Source: Andalucia godoyi And28
Taxonomy: Eukaryota > Protista > Jakobida
DNA: 64,000 nucleotides
Assembly (NCBI GenBank): GCA_009859145.1
Contig: VRVR01000054.1
Location: 124,001-188,000, forward strand
Direction: 5' to 3'
The notes beneath the pieces were generated by a model. The model saw only the letters and a list, made by a program, of their open reading frames with translations, searched no databases and had not been told where the DNA came from. The first letter of the stretch is position 1. Each line of letters opens with the position of its first letter. Positions 1 to 9,681 of the stretch are shown piece after piece. The position numbers were made by a program, and so were the translations under genes.

Positions 1-2
1 AA

Positions 3-1289
3 TTTCAGAAAGGGCAGCCCTTCCGTCCGATTGAGCAGTTGATGGCGGTGTTTCCGGCTGCATCGGGACATGCAATCCCGGAACAGTTCCGTCGTTTCAT
101 GTCTGATCCAGATTCTCCTATTATTGACTTTTATCCGACAGAATTTGATGTCGATTTGGAAGGCAAGCGCTTTACATGGGAAGGCGTTGCGCTTCTGCCG
201 TTTATTGATGAAAAGCGTTTGTTGGAAACCATTCGGCCAGTCGAGGAACAGCTGGAAGGAGAAGACAGACTTCGGAACGAGCGGGGCAGCACCATCATGT
301 TCGCACACCACGATACTGCGATAGGTCGCGAGATATTCAAGACTTATCCTGGTGAGGAGCAGCATCTGCAGGATGGCAAGGTGGAAATCAAGTGCTATCC
401 GACGGTTCACTCGATTACCGGATCCTTCACATGCTACGATGATGCACCAGCGTTTGACAAGCCGTGGGTAAACCCTATTCGGTCCCACGTTTCCAAGCCT
501 CAGGTCAAGGGGAAACTCGACTGCGTTCGATCTGTGTGCGCGACGTTTGAGCTCCCGCCGCACCTGGATCATGTCCCTCGATTGCTGCCTGGTGCAGTCC
601 CTCCTCCGTGGGCGTTGTCGAATGAGGACTTGGATACGAAGGAATTGCAGAAACGGTACGATATCCGCCGCAAGATTCAATTCCGGAACACGCAATCTTA
701 TTCTCATGCCGAGCCGACATTCCGGCCTCACCAACCGCAATACCATCATGGAGCTGCGTATTTCCAGCCCAACATGTCGTCGGTTCCTGCTATGAATCCG
801 ATTCCCGTCCCGGTTTTATCTTATGGAGCAGCTTACGGAGCGGTGTCCTATGGAAATAGCTATGCGGTCCCGATGGCGGCTCCTGTGCCTGTTCCTGTGC
901 CTGGTGCTGCTGCCCAGCCAAAGACGTACAGTTTCAGTGCTCCGGGTTCCGAAAAGCCGCAGTATGCCTATCAGCAGGCGTATGGTACGAATCCGCACAG
1001 CTCTGTGCGTCCGGCTTACCCGCGAGAGCCACCGCAGCACCATTTTGGCGGGTCTCGTGGTGGCGACTATGGAGGTGGCAGGCCATCATCGTATGGACGG
1101 GCCGATCGAGACCGGGATAGTCGAGATTCCCACCGCGATCATCCCTATGAGCATCGCCGCGATCGGGATGGCCAGCATCCGCGGTACGGAAATCAAGGTT
1201 CCAGTGTCCCTCATTCCAGCTCAAGCTCCAGCTCTAGTAGCAGTGGTGGCACTTCGTCTTCCGGTCCAACGTACCGTGCTCGCCGCTGA
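3..1289 (+). CDS. XRN2: 5'-3' exoribonuclease 2 (XRN2/Rat1), C-terminal part; the gene starts before the window
   Basis: The frame is open from base 3: FQKGQPFRPIEQLMAVFPAASGHAIP...SPIIDFYPTEFDVDLEGKRFTWEGVALLPFIDEKRLL matches the XRN conserved region 2. A P/Y/Q- and RG/RD-rich tail follows. XRN2 is preferred over XRN1 because the C-terminus is short and lacks the XRN1 extra domains. Confidence 0.88.
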   Translation, partial: FQKGQPFRPIEQLMAVFPAASGHAIPEQFRRFMSDPDSPIIDFYPTEFDVDLEGKRFTWEGVALLPFIDEKRLLETIRPVEEQLEGEDRLRNERGSTIMFAHHDTAIGREIFKTYPGEEQHLQDGKVEIKCYPTVHSITGSFTCYDDAPAFDKPWVNPIRSHVSKPQVKGKLDCVRSVCATFELPPHLDHVPRLLPGAVPPPWALSNEDLDTKELQKRYDIRRKIQFRNTQSYSHAEPTFRPHQPQYHHGAAYFQPNMSSVPAMNPIPVPVLSYGAAYGAVSYGNSYAVPMAAPVPVPVPGAAAQPKTYSFSAPGSEKPQYAYQQAYGTNPHSSVRPAYPREPPQHHFGGSRGGDYGGGRPSSYGRADRDRDSRDSHRDHPYEHRRDRDGQHPRYGNQGSSVPHSSSSSSSSSSGGTSSSGPTYRARR

Positions 1290-1581
1290 TGCACCAGCCT
1301 CCTTTTCTTGTTTTTCTCATATCTCCTTTATGTTTCAAATTTGCAAATAACAAGAAGTGCCCGGAGTCTCGCCATGAGCCCTGTCATTATCCGTCGTAAA
1401 AACAAATGTCGTGATGACTCTGACAAAATCACTCCAATGACAATCAGGACTCCAATATTCCTAGAGTTCTTACATCGCTCTTTCAAGTTTTCCTGAATTC
1501 ACTTCTTTGTTGCATTTTCGTTTTGTCCTTTTCTTCCTTTTGAATACATTTCCATAGTTACTACTACCACCACTACCACCA

Positions 1582-1640
1582 CTATTATTATTGTTATTAT
1601 TATTGTTATTGTTGTTGTTACTGTTATTGTTACTGTTATT
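1582..1640. repeat. (TTA/TTG)n microsatellite upstream of importin-alpha
   Basis: Direct inspection; it accounts for the poly-Leu at the start of the track ORF. Confidence 0.9.
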
Positions 1641-1722
1641 GCCTTTGTTATTGCCATCGCCTGTTACGCATCCATCCAAGGAAAGAAAGAGGGGAAAAAA
1701 CAAGGAAAAGCAAAAGCAAAAG

Positions 1723-3378
1723 ATGTCTTCTCGCGCGTCGGAACGGAAAGAGAATTTTAAAGGCAGTGATGTTAAATCCGGTTGGGACCGGCGCTTCGAA
1801 GCGACAGCCCAGCTTCGAAAGAATGCGCGACAGGACCGCGCATCGAAGAAACGAATGGGATACTCGACTCACATTGCAGAAGACGGGACGTCTATTGTGG
1901 CGCCTGATTTTGCGCCGCCGAATCCAGCGGATGCGCCAGCTCTGAATCCAAACATTGGAGGGGAAGAGATTGTGTCTTCGCAACAGCGGGACGAGGTGGT
2001 GGACTACTTCCGGCAGCTGACATTGCAGTTGTCGAACCCTGATCCGGAGGTTCAATACTCGGGTGCCTCGGAATTCCGCCGGTATCTTTCTCTTGACAAG
2101 TTTCCGCCTATCAACGAAGTCATCCGTGCTGGTGCTGTTCCTGCAATGATCAATCTACTGCACAACACACAGGTCCCCAAGGTGCAGTTCGAGATTTGTT
2201 GGTCGCTCACAAACATCGTTTCCGGTACTTCAGAGCATGCGCAGTATGTCGTGTCGCAAGGCGCTGTTCATGCGCTGATGCCGTTGCTGCACTCCGCGTC
2301 GAACGATGTGCGTGAACAGTCGATGTGGGCTCTTGGAAACTTGGCCGGTGATTGTGTGGAGTTGCGCGACTATCTGATTGAAGTCGATCTTCAAACTCCG
2401 GTGTTGCAGGAAATATCACGGTCCATTCACGACCCGAGAGCTCTCTCGTTTGTCAGGACCGCAGCTTGGACTTTGAGCAACTTGTGCCGCGGAAAGCCGA
2501 CTCCGAGTGTTCAGTCTGTTCATCGTGCGCTTGCATGCCTTGCTCAGTTCTTGAACCACTATGATATTGAAGTGCTGACAGATTCTTGCTGGGCGTTTTC
2601 CTACGTTTCGGAGGGAAAGGGCGGACATGCGAATGCCATTATTGAGCTTGGAGCAGTCCCGAGGCTTGTAGATTTGCTGATGCATGCAAAGCCGATTGTG
2701 CAGACTCCCGCGCTTCGTGTAATTGGAAACATTGTTACTGGAGACGAGGGCCCCACACAGGCTGTTCTGAATGCTGGTGCATTGACTCCTCTGCATGCTC
2801 TGCTGACGCATCCGAAGAGAGCAATTGTCAAGGAGGCGTGCTGGACTCTTTCGAACATCATGGCTGGAAACGTCAGCCAGGTTCAAGCTGTAATTGACAA
2901 AGGGATCATCCAGTCGCTGCTGGAGTGTACGAAGAACTCGCAGGATCTTGCGGTGCGCAAAGAAGCTTCGTGGGCGATCTCGAATGCGCTCATGGGAGGA
3001 ACCGATGAACAGATTATGAGCATCGTCCAAGCGGGAGTGATTGCGCCACTGTGCGGCATGCTGGAGACGCGTGACACCAAAGCCATTGTTGTGACTCTTG
3101 AAGCCATCAAGAAGGTTCTTCAAGTTGCAAAGAAGGTTTATGCAACAGCGGACAATGCTGTCGCCATTGATTTGGAGGCGTATGGCGGAATGGAGTCCAT
3201 TGACCAGCTTCAGTATGCAGACGACGAGGTGATTGCTGAAATTGCTAGAGAAATCTTGTTCGAGTACTTCAACTCGGACGAAGACGGCGATGCTGCTGCG
3301 GAACCGGACGCCTCGGGCTCTCAGTTTAACTTTGGTGCTCCACCGTCTGGATCTGGTGGCCAGTACAACTTTTCGTAA
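1723..3378 (+). CDS. KPNA: Importin subunit alpha (karyopherin alpha)
   Basis: The ATG at 1723 (MSSRASERK) lies after a TTG/TTA microsatellite. IBB-like RRFEATAQLRKNARQDRASKKR; ARM repeats (QFEICWSLTNIVSG, QSMWALGNLAGD, KEACWTLSNIMAG, KEASWAISNA); C-terminal FNF motif. Confidence 0.97.
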   Translation: MSSRASERKENFKGSDVKSGWDRRFEATAQLRKNARQDRASKKRMGYSTHIAEDGTSIVAPDFAPPNPADAPALNPNIGGEEIVSSQQRDEVVDYFRQLTLQLSNPDPEVQYSGASEFRRYLSLDKFPPINEVIRAGAVPAMINLLHNTQVPKVQFEICWSLTNIVSGTSEHAQYVVSQGAVHALMPLLHSASNDVREQSMWALGNLAGDCVELRDYLIEVDLQTPVLQEISRSIHDPRALSFVRTAAWTLSNLCRGKPTPSVQSVHRALACLAQFLNHYDIEVLTDSCWAFSYVSEGKGGHANAIIELGAVPRLVDLLMHAKPIVQTPALRVIGNIVTGDEGPTQAVLNAGALTPLHALLTHPKRAIVKEACWTLSNIMAGNVSQVQAVIDKGIIQSLLECTKNSQDLAVRKEASWAISNALMGGTDEQIMSIVQAGVIAPLCGMLETRDTKAIVVTLEAIKKVLQVAKKVYATADNAVAIDLEAYGGMESIDQLQYADDEVIAEIAREILFEYFNSDEDGDAAAEPDASGSQFNFGAPPSGSGGQYNFS

Positions 3379-3946
3379 GGATGTTTGCGAATCGCTCCAA
3401 AATGGCTCCTGTATCGCAATGTCTCAATTACTCTTCCACCTGCTTGTGTACGTTCCGCTCCCCCTCCGCTCCCCCTCCGCTCCCCGTCTTTCTGCTAACG
3501 AATTTTCCTCTTTGCTGTTCTTCATGCTCACCTCGCGATGCCGAACAACTGCGAACCGTGAGTCGATTTGGCAACATCCTCGTGGTGTGGTTTCTAGACT
3601 GTAAACAGATGTTCTCCCGCTGATGCTGATGCTGATGCTGATGATGGTGGTTTTGGTGGCGGTGCAGACGATGGTTGCTTACTGTGTGCTTGCTGTGACT
3701 TTCAATCCGGCATCTGCACCAGTCCGATGCTGGCTGTACGGTGGGCCGTCAAAACACAGCATGAAACTGCTGTGTGAGTCGACGTCTGTCAAATGGATTC
3801 GGAAACTGGAAAGGAAGCGGGAAGCTTTTCCGACAGGTCCGACCTGGATGTTCGGATGCCGACGTTATGGCTTTTGCATGCATGCATGAATTCTTGCGTT
3901 TGGTCACGAAGCTTTCGCAGCCTTTGAAGACACTAGTGAGCAGTGA

Positions 3947-3948
<2 letters not shown>

Positions 3949-4018
<70 letters not shown>
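3949..4018. repeat. (AC)28(AG)7 compound microsatellite, ending 16 nt before the EndoV ATG
   Basis: Direct inspection. Confidence 0.95.
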
Positions 4019-4019
<1 letters not shown>

Positions 4020-4034
4020 ATACGTAGGATTTGA

Positions 4035-4850
4035 ATGGTGGGTGCTGAGGGCGATGAAAAGAGCGGAATGTATGCAGAGTGGGAAGCCCATCAACGAGAA
4101 TGGGCGTCGCGAGTAGTCCAGCATGACGATGCGGAGTTACCGGTATTTGCTGTGGAGTATCTTGTGGGGGTGGATATTTCGTTCAGCAGCATCTGCCCGA
4201 ACGAAGGAATGGTAGCGTGTGCAATTGTGCGGTTGAAAGACTTGCATACTGTGCATGTGCAGATTGAGCCGTTTCATACGGATGTTCCGTACGTTCCGGG
4301 GTTCTTGGCATTTCGAGAAGTACCAGCGTACACGATATGCATCTCCAAAGCATTTATTGTGCATCCAGAAGTTCGCAATTGTTGTGTCTTGGTGATAGAC
4401 GGTAATGGCGTTTGGCATCCCCGGGGATGCGGGTCTGCGTCTCAGCTTGGAGTCATAATGGACCTTCCGTCCATCGGCGTCGCGAAGAAGGCTTTCCATG
4501 TCGAAAGTGTGTCCACAGATGAGATCAAAGCCGAGATGGCAGCTGCGCGTCAATCAGGACTCGACCACGTGCTCGTCCATGGAAAGGTCACCGGTCGCCT
4601 TCTCGGTGCCGCAGTGACATTTGGCGCGCACACAGTGAATCCGATCTTTGTGTCCGTGGGCCATCGAATCTCGCTTGAAACAGCGCTGCAGCTTGTAAGA
4701 AAAGCCTGTCTGCATCGAGAATGCCTACCAGTTCGTATCGCAGACTCCGAGTCAAGAAAAGCCGTCAGAGTCATGGAAGAGAGGTTCAGCCAGGCAAAGG
4801 AGCCTGCAAGACCATCCACACACGTGAATCGCCCCCAGCCATCCCTGTAA
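4035..4850 (+). CDS. ENDOV: Endonuclease V (inosine-specific nuclease)
   Basis: Motifs VGVDISF, YVPGFLAFRE, IDGNGVWHPRGCG, PSIGVAKK, PIFVSVGHRISLETA and PVRIAD. The catalytic D/E/D/D residues appear intact. Confidence 0.96.
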   Translation: MVGAEGDEKSGMYAEWEAHQREWASRVVQHDDAELPVFAVEYLVGVDISFSSICPNEGMVACAIVRLKDLHTVHVQIEPFHTDVPYVPGFLAFREVPAYTICISKAFIVHPEVRNCCVLVIDGNGVWHPRGCGSASQLGVIMDLPSIGVAKKAFHVESVSTDEIKAEMAAARQSGLDHVLVHGKVTGRLLGAAVTFGAHTVNPIFVSVGHRISLETALQLVRKACLHRECLPVRIADSESRKAVRVMEERFSQAKEPARPSTHVNRPQPSL

Positions 4851-5066
4851 ACCCACCTTTTATTATCCACCGGGATCATTTTCCGCCGCTCGCCAGTACA
4901 TGAATCATTATTGATCATCGGCTAAGCCGTCACCGAAGACAGATCCAAGCCACATGCTGTTTTGTTTTGATTAATTGGGGCGAGCACCAACTCTTCCATG
5001 CAGATTGCTCTGCATCAGAGGGTCATCGCAACCACCAGTTTCTTGGTTCTCGCTATCTGGGGGCAC

Positions 5067-5225
5067 GGCCGGTTTGGGTTTGCTGGGAAGATCCCTCTCT
5101 GGAGCCGTGAGATGTTTTGTCCTTGTCTTTTTGATGAAAGGTGTTGCCTGAGGGTTCGGTTATAAAAAACAAACATGTTGTTTGTTTGATGTTGAATGTT
5201 GATGATACACAAAGCGGCCAGTCGT
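5067..5225. repeat. Dispersed repeat, copy A (homologous to 57654-57887)
   Basis: Manual alignment: 5067-5166 vs 57654-57751 gives 83/100 identity. A second block, 5182-5225 vs 57846-57887, also aligns. Confidence 0.85.
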
Positions 5226-5576
5226 CTATCGCCCATCAGGCCATCATCATCCGCGATCGGGTGCGCGGGGTGTCGCCGCATTGGTACTGATTCTGCACCC
5301 CCGCGATGTTCTCTGTGCAAGCAGAGCATGTGCAAACGGCTCCCTGCTGTTCACAGACTGCTCAGGCATCTGCGATATGATCTGCTCCGACGCACCCTCC
5401 AACGTCCGTACATCCACAGGCCAAAACGGACGATAACCGCACCTTAGCCCTGCATCAATCACGAATTCACCATCTCTTTTATCTTTACCGAAAGTGGAGA
5501 GACACGACCCTTTCAGATTTCCCCCAAGCCCTTCGTCCCTCTTTTGATTTTCATATAATCAGCCATTGTGGACCAG

Positions 5577-5635
5577 TTCGTTTCGTTTCGTTTCGTTTCG
5601 TTTCGTTTCGTTTCGCTTCGTTCCGCTTCGTTTCG
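5577..5635. repeat. (TTTCG)n pentanucleotide repeat
   Basis: Direct inspection. Confidence 0.9.
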
Positions 5636-6022
5636 CTTCTTCTTTCTCACGTTTTCGATCTTTTTTTCTTTCTTTCTTCTAAAATCAGTTATTCGGTTAT
5701 TGTACCACTCTCCACAAGGACGGCTGCACTGCACATGAGCAACTACTCGCGCTCGACACTTGTAGGCGACTGGATCGAGCGCCGGCACCAAACCGACCTT
5801 GAAACCGTATGTATTTTCAGTTCTTGCATTTCCTCCTCCTTCTCTTCTTCTTCTTCTTCTTCTACTAGGCAAGTCTCACCGTTTTAAAAAAATTGTTCTG
5901 GTTTGTTTTTGTCTTCTTGTCTTTGTTTTGGTTTGTAGCAATCGGATGCGCGGAATTCGACGAAGGGGACTGCCGGGCGATTCCAAAGCTCTGGACTTGG
6001 ACGGCTCGATCATGTTTCGCAG

Positions 6023-9000
6023 ATGATGTCGGACTCCGAGTCTCGAACGAGCGATTTTCAGCGGGCTTTGCATGCGAAGGAGCACAACGAGTCGCTTGGG
6101 CAGGAGCTGAACGCAAAGAGACGTACTGGAATACGACGAGTGCATGTCGACGGACCGTCAGAGTCGCTGCAGAACACGGTTTTTCGTCCCAGTGGCGAAG
6201 ATCACGCGACGCTGAACAAGCGAACGGGATCGTCGCACAAGATCAAAGATCAGATCGACGCGAATATGCAGTGTGAAAAGGATTTCTGGGACGACTCGAA
6301 GCGCGGACTAAAGGCTGCTCCTGCGCCGGAACTTGCGGCAATGGAGTCGGTTCGGCTGCAGATGATACACAAGCTGAATTCGAACGCAATGGATGCTCAC
6401 GAGCTTTTTGACAGGCTGGATACGGACAAGAGCGGTGTGATTTCGCTGGACACGTTCCGCAGAGGCCTGCGACGATCGCTCGGAATCATTGTGGACAACA
6501 CTAGCTACGATCGTCTCTGTGTGTGTCTTGATCCCCAGACGCGGTCGCGTGTTTCGCGAACTGCGTTTCTTGCATGGGCAAAAGGCGCAAGTGTAATGCA
6601 GATCAAGGAGGTTTCTAGAACTGCAGATGAAAAGCTCTGCAAAGAGCTCAGAGGTGAAAACGATGCTGTGCAGGCAGGGCGTGCGGTCGTGGAGCTGTTG
6701 CGAGACAAGATCAGGGGGAAGAACCAGAAACTTGCCCGCATCTTTACGGACATGGACACCGACGGGTCGGGCTCATTGGACGCTTCCGAGCTCGACAGAG
6801 CGCTTGGGAAGATGGGCATTGATCTCGATCGCGAACAGCTGAAGGGCTTAATGTGGATCCTGGATGTGTCTGGCGACGGACAGGTCGATTATCGCGAGTT
6901 CCTGTCTGTTCTCAGCGACGATGCCTTACCCAAATCGCCTGTTCGAAAGGAGCGTGCAAATGAGGAGGCAGATCAGGTAGCAAGCTCTATTGTTATTGCG
7001 AGTGCACAGAGCCGGCGACTGAATGACATCCGGTCCAAGATCAGAGACAAGATCAGCCAGATTCAGAGCTTAAGATCCGGGTTTGTGGTTCGGGATGCAT
7101 TCTTGAAACTCGATTCGGACGGTTCAGGCACGCTTTCGAGAAATGAATTTAGACGGTTCTGCAGATCTGTGAACCTTGAGCTTACGATTCCAGATGTCGA
7201 AGCTCTGATGAATGCACTAGATACAGACAAGAGCGGGGAGATTGATTATGACGAGTTTGCAGCATTTATGCGTGGTAGTGCGACGGATGCAGAAATCGAA
7301 TCTGAGCAGCTTGGAATGCTAAACGACGACGAAATGAAGATGCTGCATGAGCTGGAAGAGTCTGGAGTGTTCACGAGACTTGTGGAAAAACTCTCTGTGC
7401 GCAACTTGGATGCGATCAGCGTGTTTGAGCGGTTTGACAAGGACAAATCCGGGTCACTGTCGCATGAGAATCTTCTCAGGGCATTCCGTGCACTGGATGT
7501 TCAGGTCGACAATCGCATGTTTCGTCAAATGACGGATGTTTTGGATCCGTCAGGCACAGGCTGTGTTCGATATGGGCCGATTGCGGAGCTGCTCGTGAAT
7601 GCAACTGTCAGCTCACCTTTGAAACGCGTCAATTCTTCCGGAGACGAGATGAGCAAGAAGCATGAGTTTGGAACTTCGTATCAAAAGGAGTTGGAGATTC
7701 GGAGACTGCGAAAGGCCCATTGGAACGACTCGCAGTTTGATATTCGTGATGAACAGCAAAGCGCAAATGATCGGTTCAGTCAGACGGAAATTGCGGATTT
7801 GAAGATCATTCAAAAACTCAAGCAGTCTCTGGAAGAAGAACGCCCACGGTTCATGGAGTTGTTCACAAAGTATGACCGTACGCAGCGCGGGAAGATCACG
7901 CACGATATCTTCCGTCGTTTGCTGTCGGATCTCGGATGCCCGATTTCTGCTCCAGATGCTCATCGGCTGTTGCTGAGACTGGACCAAAGCCGCTCAGGGC
8001 TGGTTGCCCTTGACGCAATCTTTTCGATTGTCCAAGATCCTCGTGGATTCATCGTTTCCCAACGCGAATCGGTTCTTCACTCGCCGTCTTCCGGACAGCG
8101 ACAAGGATCTACGAACGGCAACAAGTCTCTTTTGTACGTTGATGAAGACCGTGAGGTCGACCACAACGATGAAGATCGCGATTTGGATCGATCGAGTTCC
8201 CATATGATGCGTCGTTTGAGCGTGGCGGAAACTCGTTCGCCGTCCAAGCATACGGAAGATGAATATGTGGCGCACTATGACCGCGTTCTCGATTTTGATA
8301 TTTCCGGCACGCTTATGAACAAGTTTGTGTCCAGCCTACGCAAGATCGAAGCTGAGTACCCGCGCATTGTCTCGTTCTGGAGAGCAAAGTTTGGCAGTGG
8401 CAAGCAGCAGCCGCAGATCCGAAGCCGGTCGAGACCATCGTCCGCGGCTTCGTCTGTCCACACGACTCCCAGGCGCTCCACCCTAAGTCGCGGTTCTGAT
8501 GCTCCCGAGGAAGTGTGCACGGCTGCAGAGCTGCGGTCGTCGTGTTACGAACTAGGAATTCTGATCTCTGAACCGGATTTCAACGATATATTTGCATTGT
8601 TGGATGTGGATGAGATGGGAGTGATTCCAGTGTTGAAAGTTGCCATTTCTGCCTCGCGTGCTCTTGCATATCTGGAAGAACGTCAAACGGGAGATTCGAA
8701 ACTTCGCGAGCAAAGAGAAACAAAAGCCACACGGGAGTACAAACCAAGAACGCCGTATGCGCTGCATGATCGCAGAGAAGCCTGGTCGGCCGCGTCCTCT
8801 GTGGCTGGCGTCGACGACGATGCGTACGACGAAGAGGAGGAGCGGATTCTCGCTGCAGAAGAAGGAGAAAGCGAATTCCGAAAGACGATGGGAGCACGGA
8901 AGGGTGCTGCGTCGGGCGCAGCTTCTCAGCAGCTGCACAAGATTTCCAGAGAAATCCAAGATGCATTTTCGTTTTATCCGGAGTCCCCGAAATATCGGAA

Positions 9001-9358
9001 TCCACTTCGAGAACGCGCGGCAGCCCCGCTTTCTCGTGCGGAGCGTCAGCGTGGCCGAGATATGCTTGAAGAAGCATCGGTGGGGCGGTCTCCTCCAGTT
9101 CGTCATGCGTACCAGAATTCAGATGGCACTCGATCTCGAGTGTTTGATGCCCAGCGGGAAGATCGCCGACCGCGGCGGGGTGAGGAGGGCGAGGAAGACG
9201 AGGACCAAGAGGATGGCAATGGTGCGGGAGCATACAATGGGTCTCGTGCACGTCCAGGATCGTCCATGCGTGCAAGGCCTGCTTCTGCGTCGATCGCACC
9301 TGCAAATCCTCCTCTGCGTCGTGCTTCGTCTACGCTTCGGGGAAACAGTCAGCGTTGA
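6023..9358 (+). CDS. Large multi-EF-hand calcium-binding protein (about 11 canonical or degenerate EF loops) with a disordered C-terminus
   Basis: Loops include DTDKSGVISLDTF, DTDGSGSLDASEL, DVSGDGQVDYREF, DSDGSGTLSRNEF, DTDKSGEIDYDEF, DKDKSGSLSHENL, DRTQRGKITHDIF and DQSRSGLVALDAI. 1111-aa uninterrupted ORF. Confidence 0.9.
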   Translation: MMSDSESRTSDFQRALHAKEHNESLGQELNAKRRTGIRRVHVDGPSESLQNTVFRPSGEDHATLNKRTGSSHKIKDQIDANMQCEKDFWDDSKRGLKAAPAPELAAMESVRLQMIHKLNSNAMDAHELFDRLDTDKSGVISLDTFRRGLRRSLGIIVDNTSYDRLCVCLDPQTRSRVSRTAFLAWAKGASVMQIKEVSRTADEKLCKELRGENDAVQAGRAVVELLRDKIRGKNQKLARIFTDMDTDGSGSLDASELDRALGKMGIDLDREQLKGLMWILDVSGDGQVDYREFLSVLSDDALPKSPVRKERANEEADQVASSIVIASAQSRRLNDIRSKIRDKISQIQSLRSGFVVRDAFLKLDSDGSGTLSRNEFRRFCRSVNLELTIPDVEALMNALDTDKSGEIDYDEFAAFMRGSATDAEIESEQLGMLNDDEMKMLHELEESGVFTRLVEKLSVRNLDAISVFERFDKDKSGSLSHENLLRAFRALDVQVDNRMFRQMTDVLDPSGTGCVRYGPIAELLVNATVSSPLKRVNSSGDEMSKKHEFGTSYQKELEIRRLRKAHWNDSQFDIRDEQQSANDRFSQTEIADLKIIQKLKQSLEEERPRFMELFTKYDRTQRGKITHDIFRRLLSDLGCPISAPDAHRLLLRLDQSRSGLVALDAIFSIVQDPRGFIVSQRESVLHSPSSGQRQGSTNGNKSLLYVDEDREVDHNDEDRDLDRSSSHMMRRLSVAETRSPSKHTEDEYVAHYDRVLDFDISGTLMNKFVSSLRKIEAEYPRIVSFWRAKFGSGKQQPQIRSRSRPSSAASSVHTTPRRSTLSRGSDAPEEVCTAAELRSSCYELGILISEPDFNDIFALLDVDEMGVIPVLKVAISASRALAYLEERQTGDSKLREQRETKATREYKPRTPYALHDRREAWSAASSVAGVDDDAYDEEEERILAAEEGESEFRKTMGARKGAASGAASQQLHKISREIQDAFSFYPESPKYRNPLRERAAAPLSRAERQRGRDMLEEASVGRSPPVRHAYQNSDGTRSRVFDAQREDRRPRRGEEGEEDEDQEDGNGAGAYNGSRARPGSSMRARPASASIAPANPPLRRASSTLRGNSQR

Positions 9359-9681
9359 GCCCGGAAAGAGTCTCTCTCTCTCTCGTTCTTGCGTTCATCC
9401 CTCCCTTTTGTATGTTTTTTGCTTGTTGGCGTGTCAGTGTTGTATGTGTTTTTGATGCTGTTCCATTGAAAATGGAGCCGGATGTTGTGCTACCTGCACA
9501 AGTTGATTGAATGTCTGTGTTATTGGGGGTTAGCAAGAGAGCCCCAGGAGAGTAAATGCGCAGTTCTGATGATGAACACTTTTCGCGTTCTTTTTATTAT
9601 TATTTATTTAAAATTAATTTTTTTTATTAATTAAAAAAATCATAATAATAATAAATCATTACATTATTCTGTGCGTTGTCG

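Noticed and set aside
1591-1722. Poly-Leu 'signal peptide' at the start of the importin ORF in the track
   Set aside because: It is a translation of the TTG/TTA microsatellite from a non-ATG start; the real ATG is at 1723.
5196-5447. CxxC...CxxC pattern (CAGCRR...CSLCKQSMC) resembling a MYND/zinc finger
   Set aside because: The second half of the ligand set is missing, the ORF is short, and its start overlaps the dispersed repeat.
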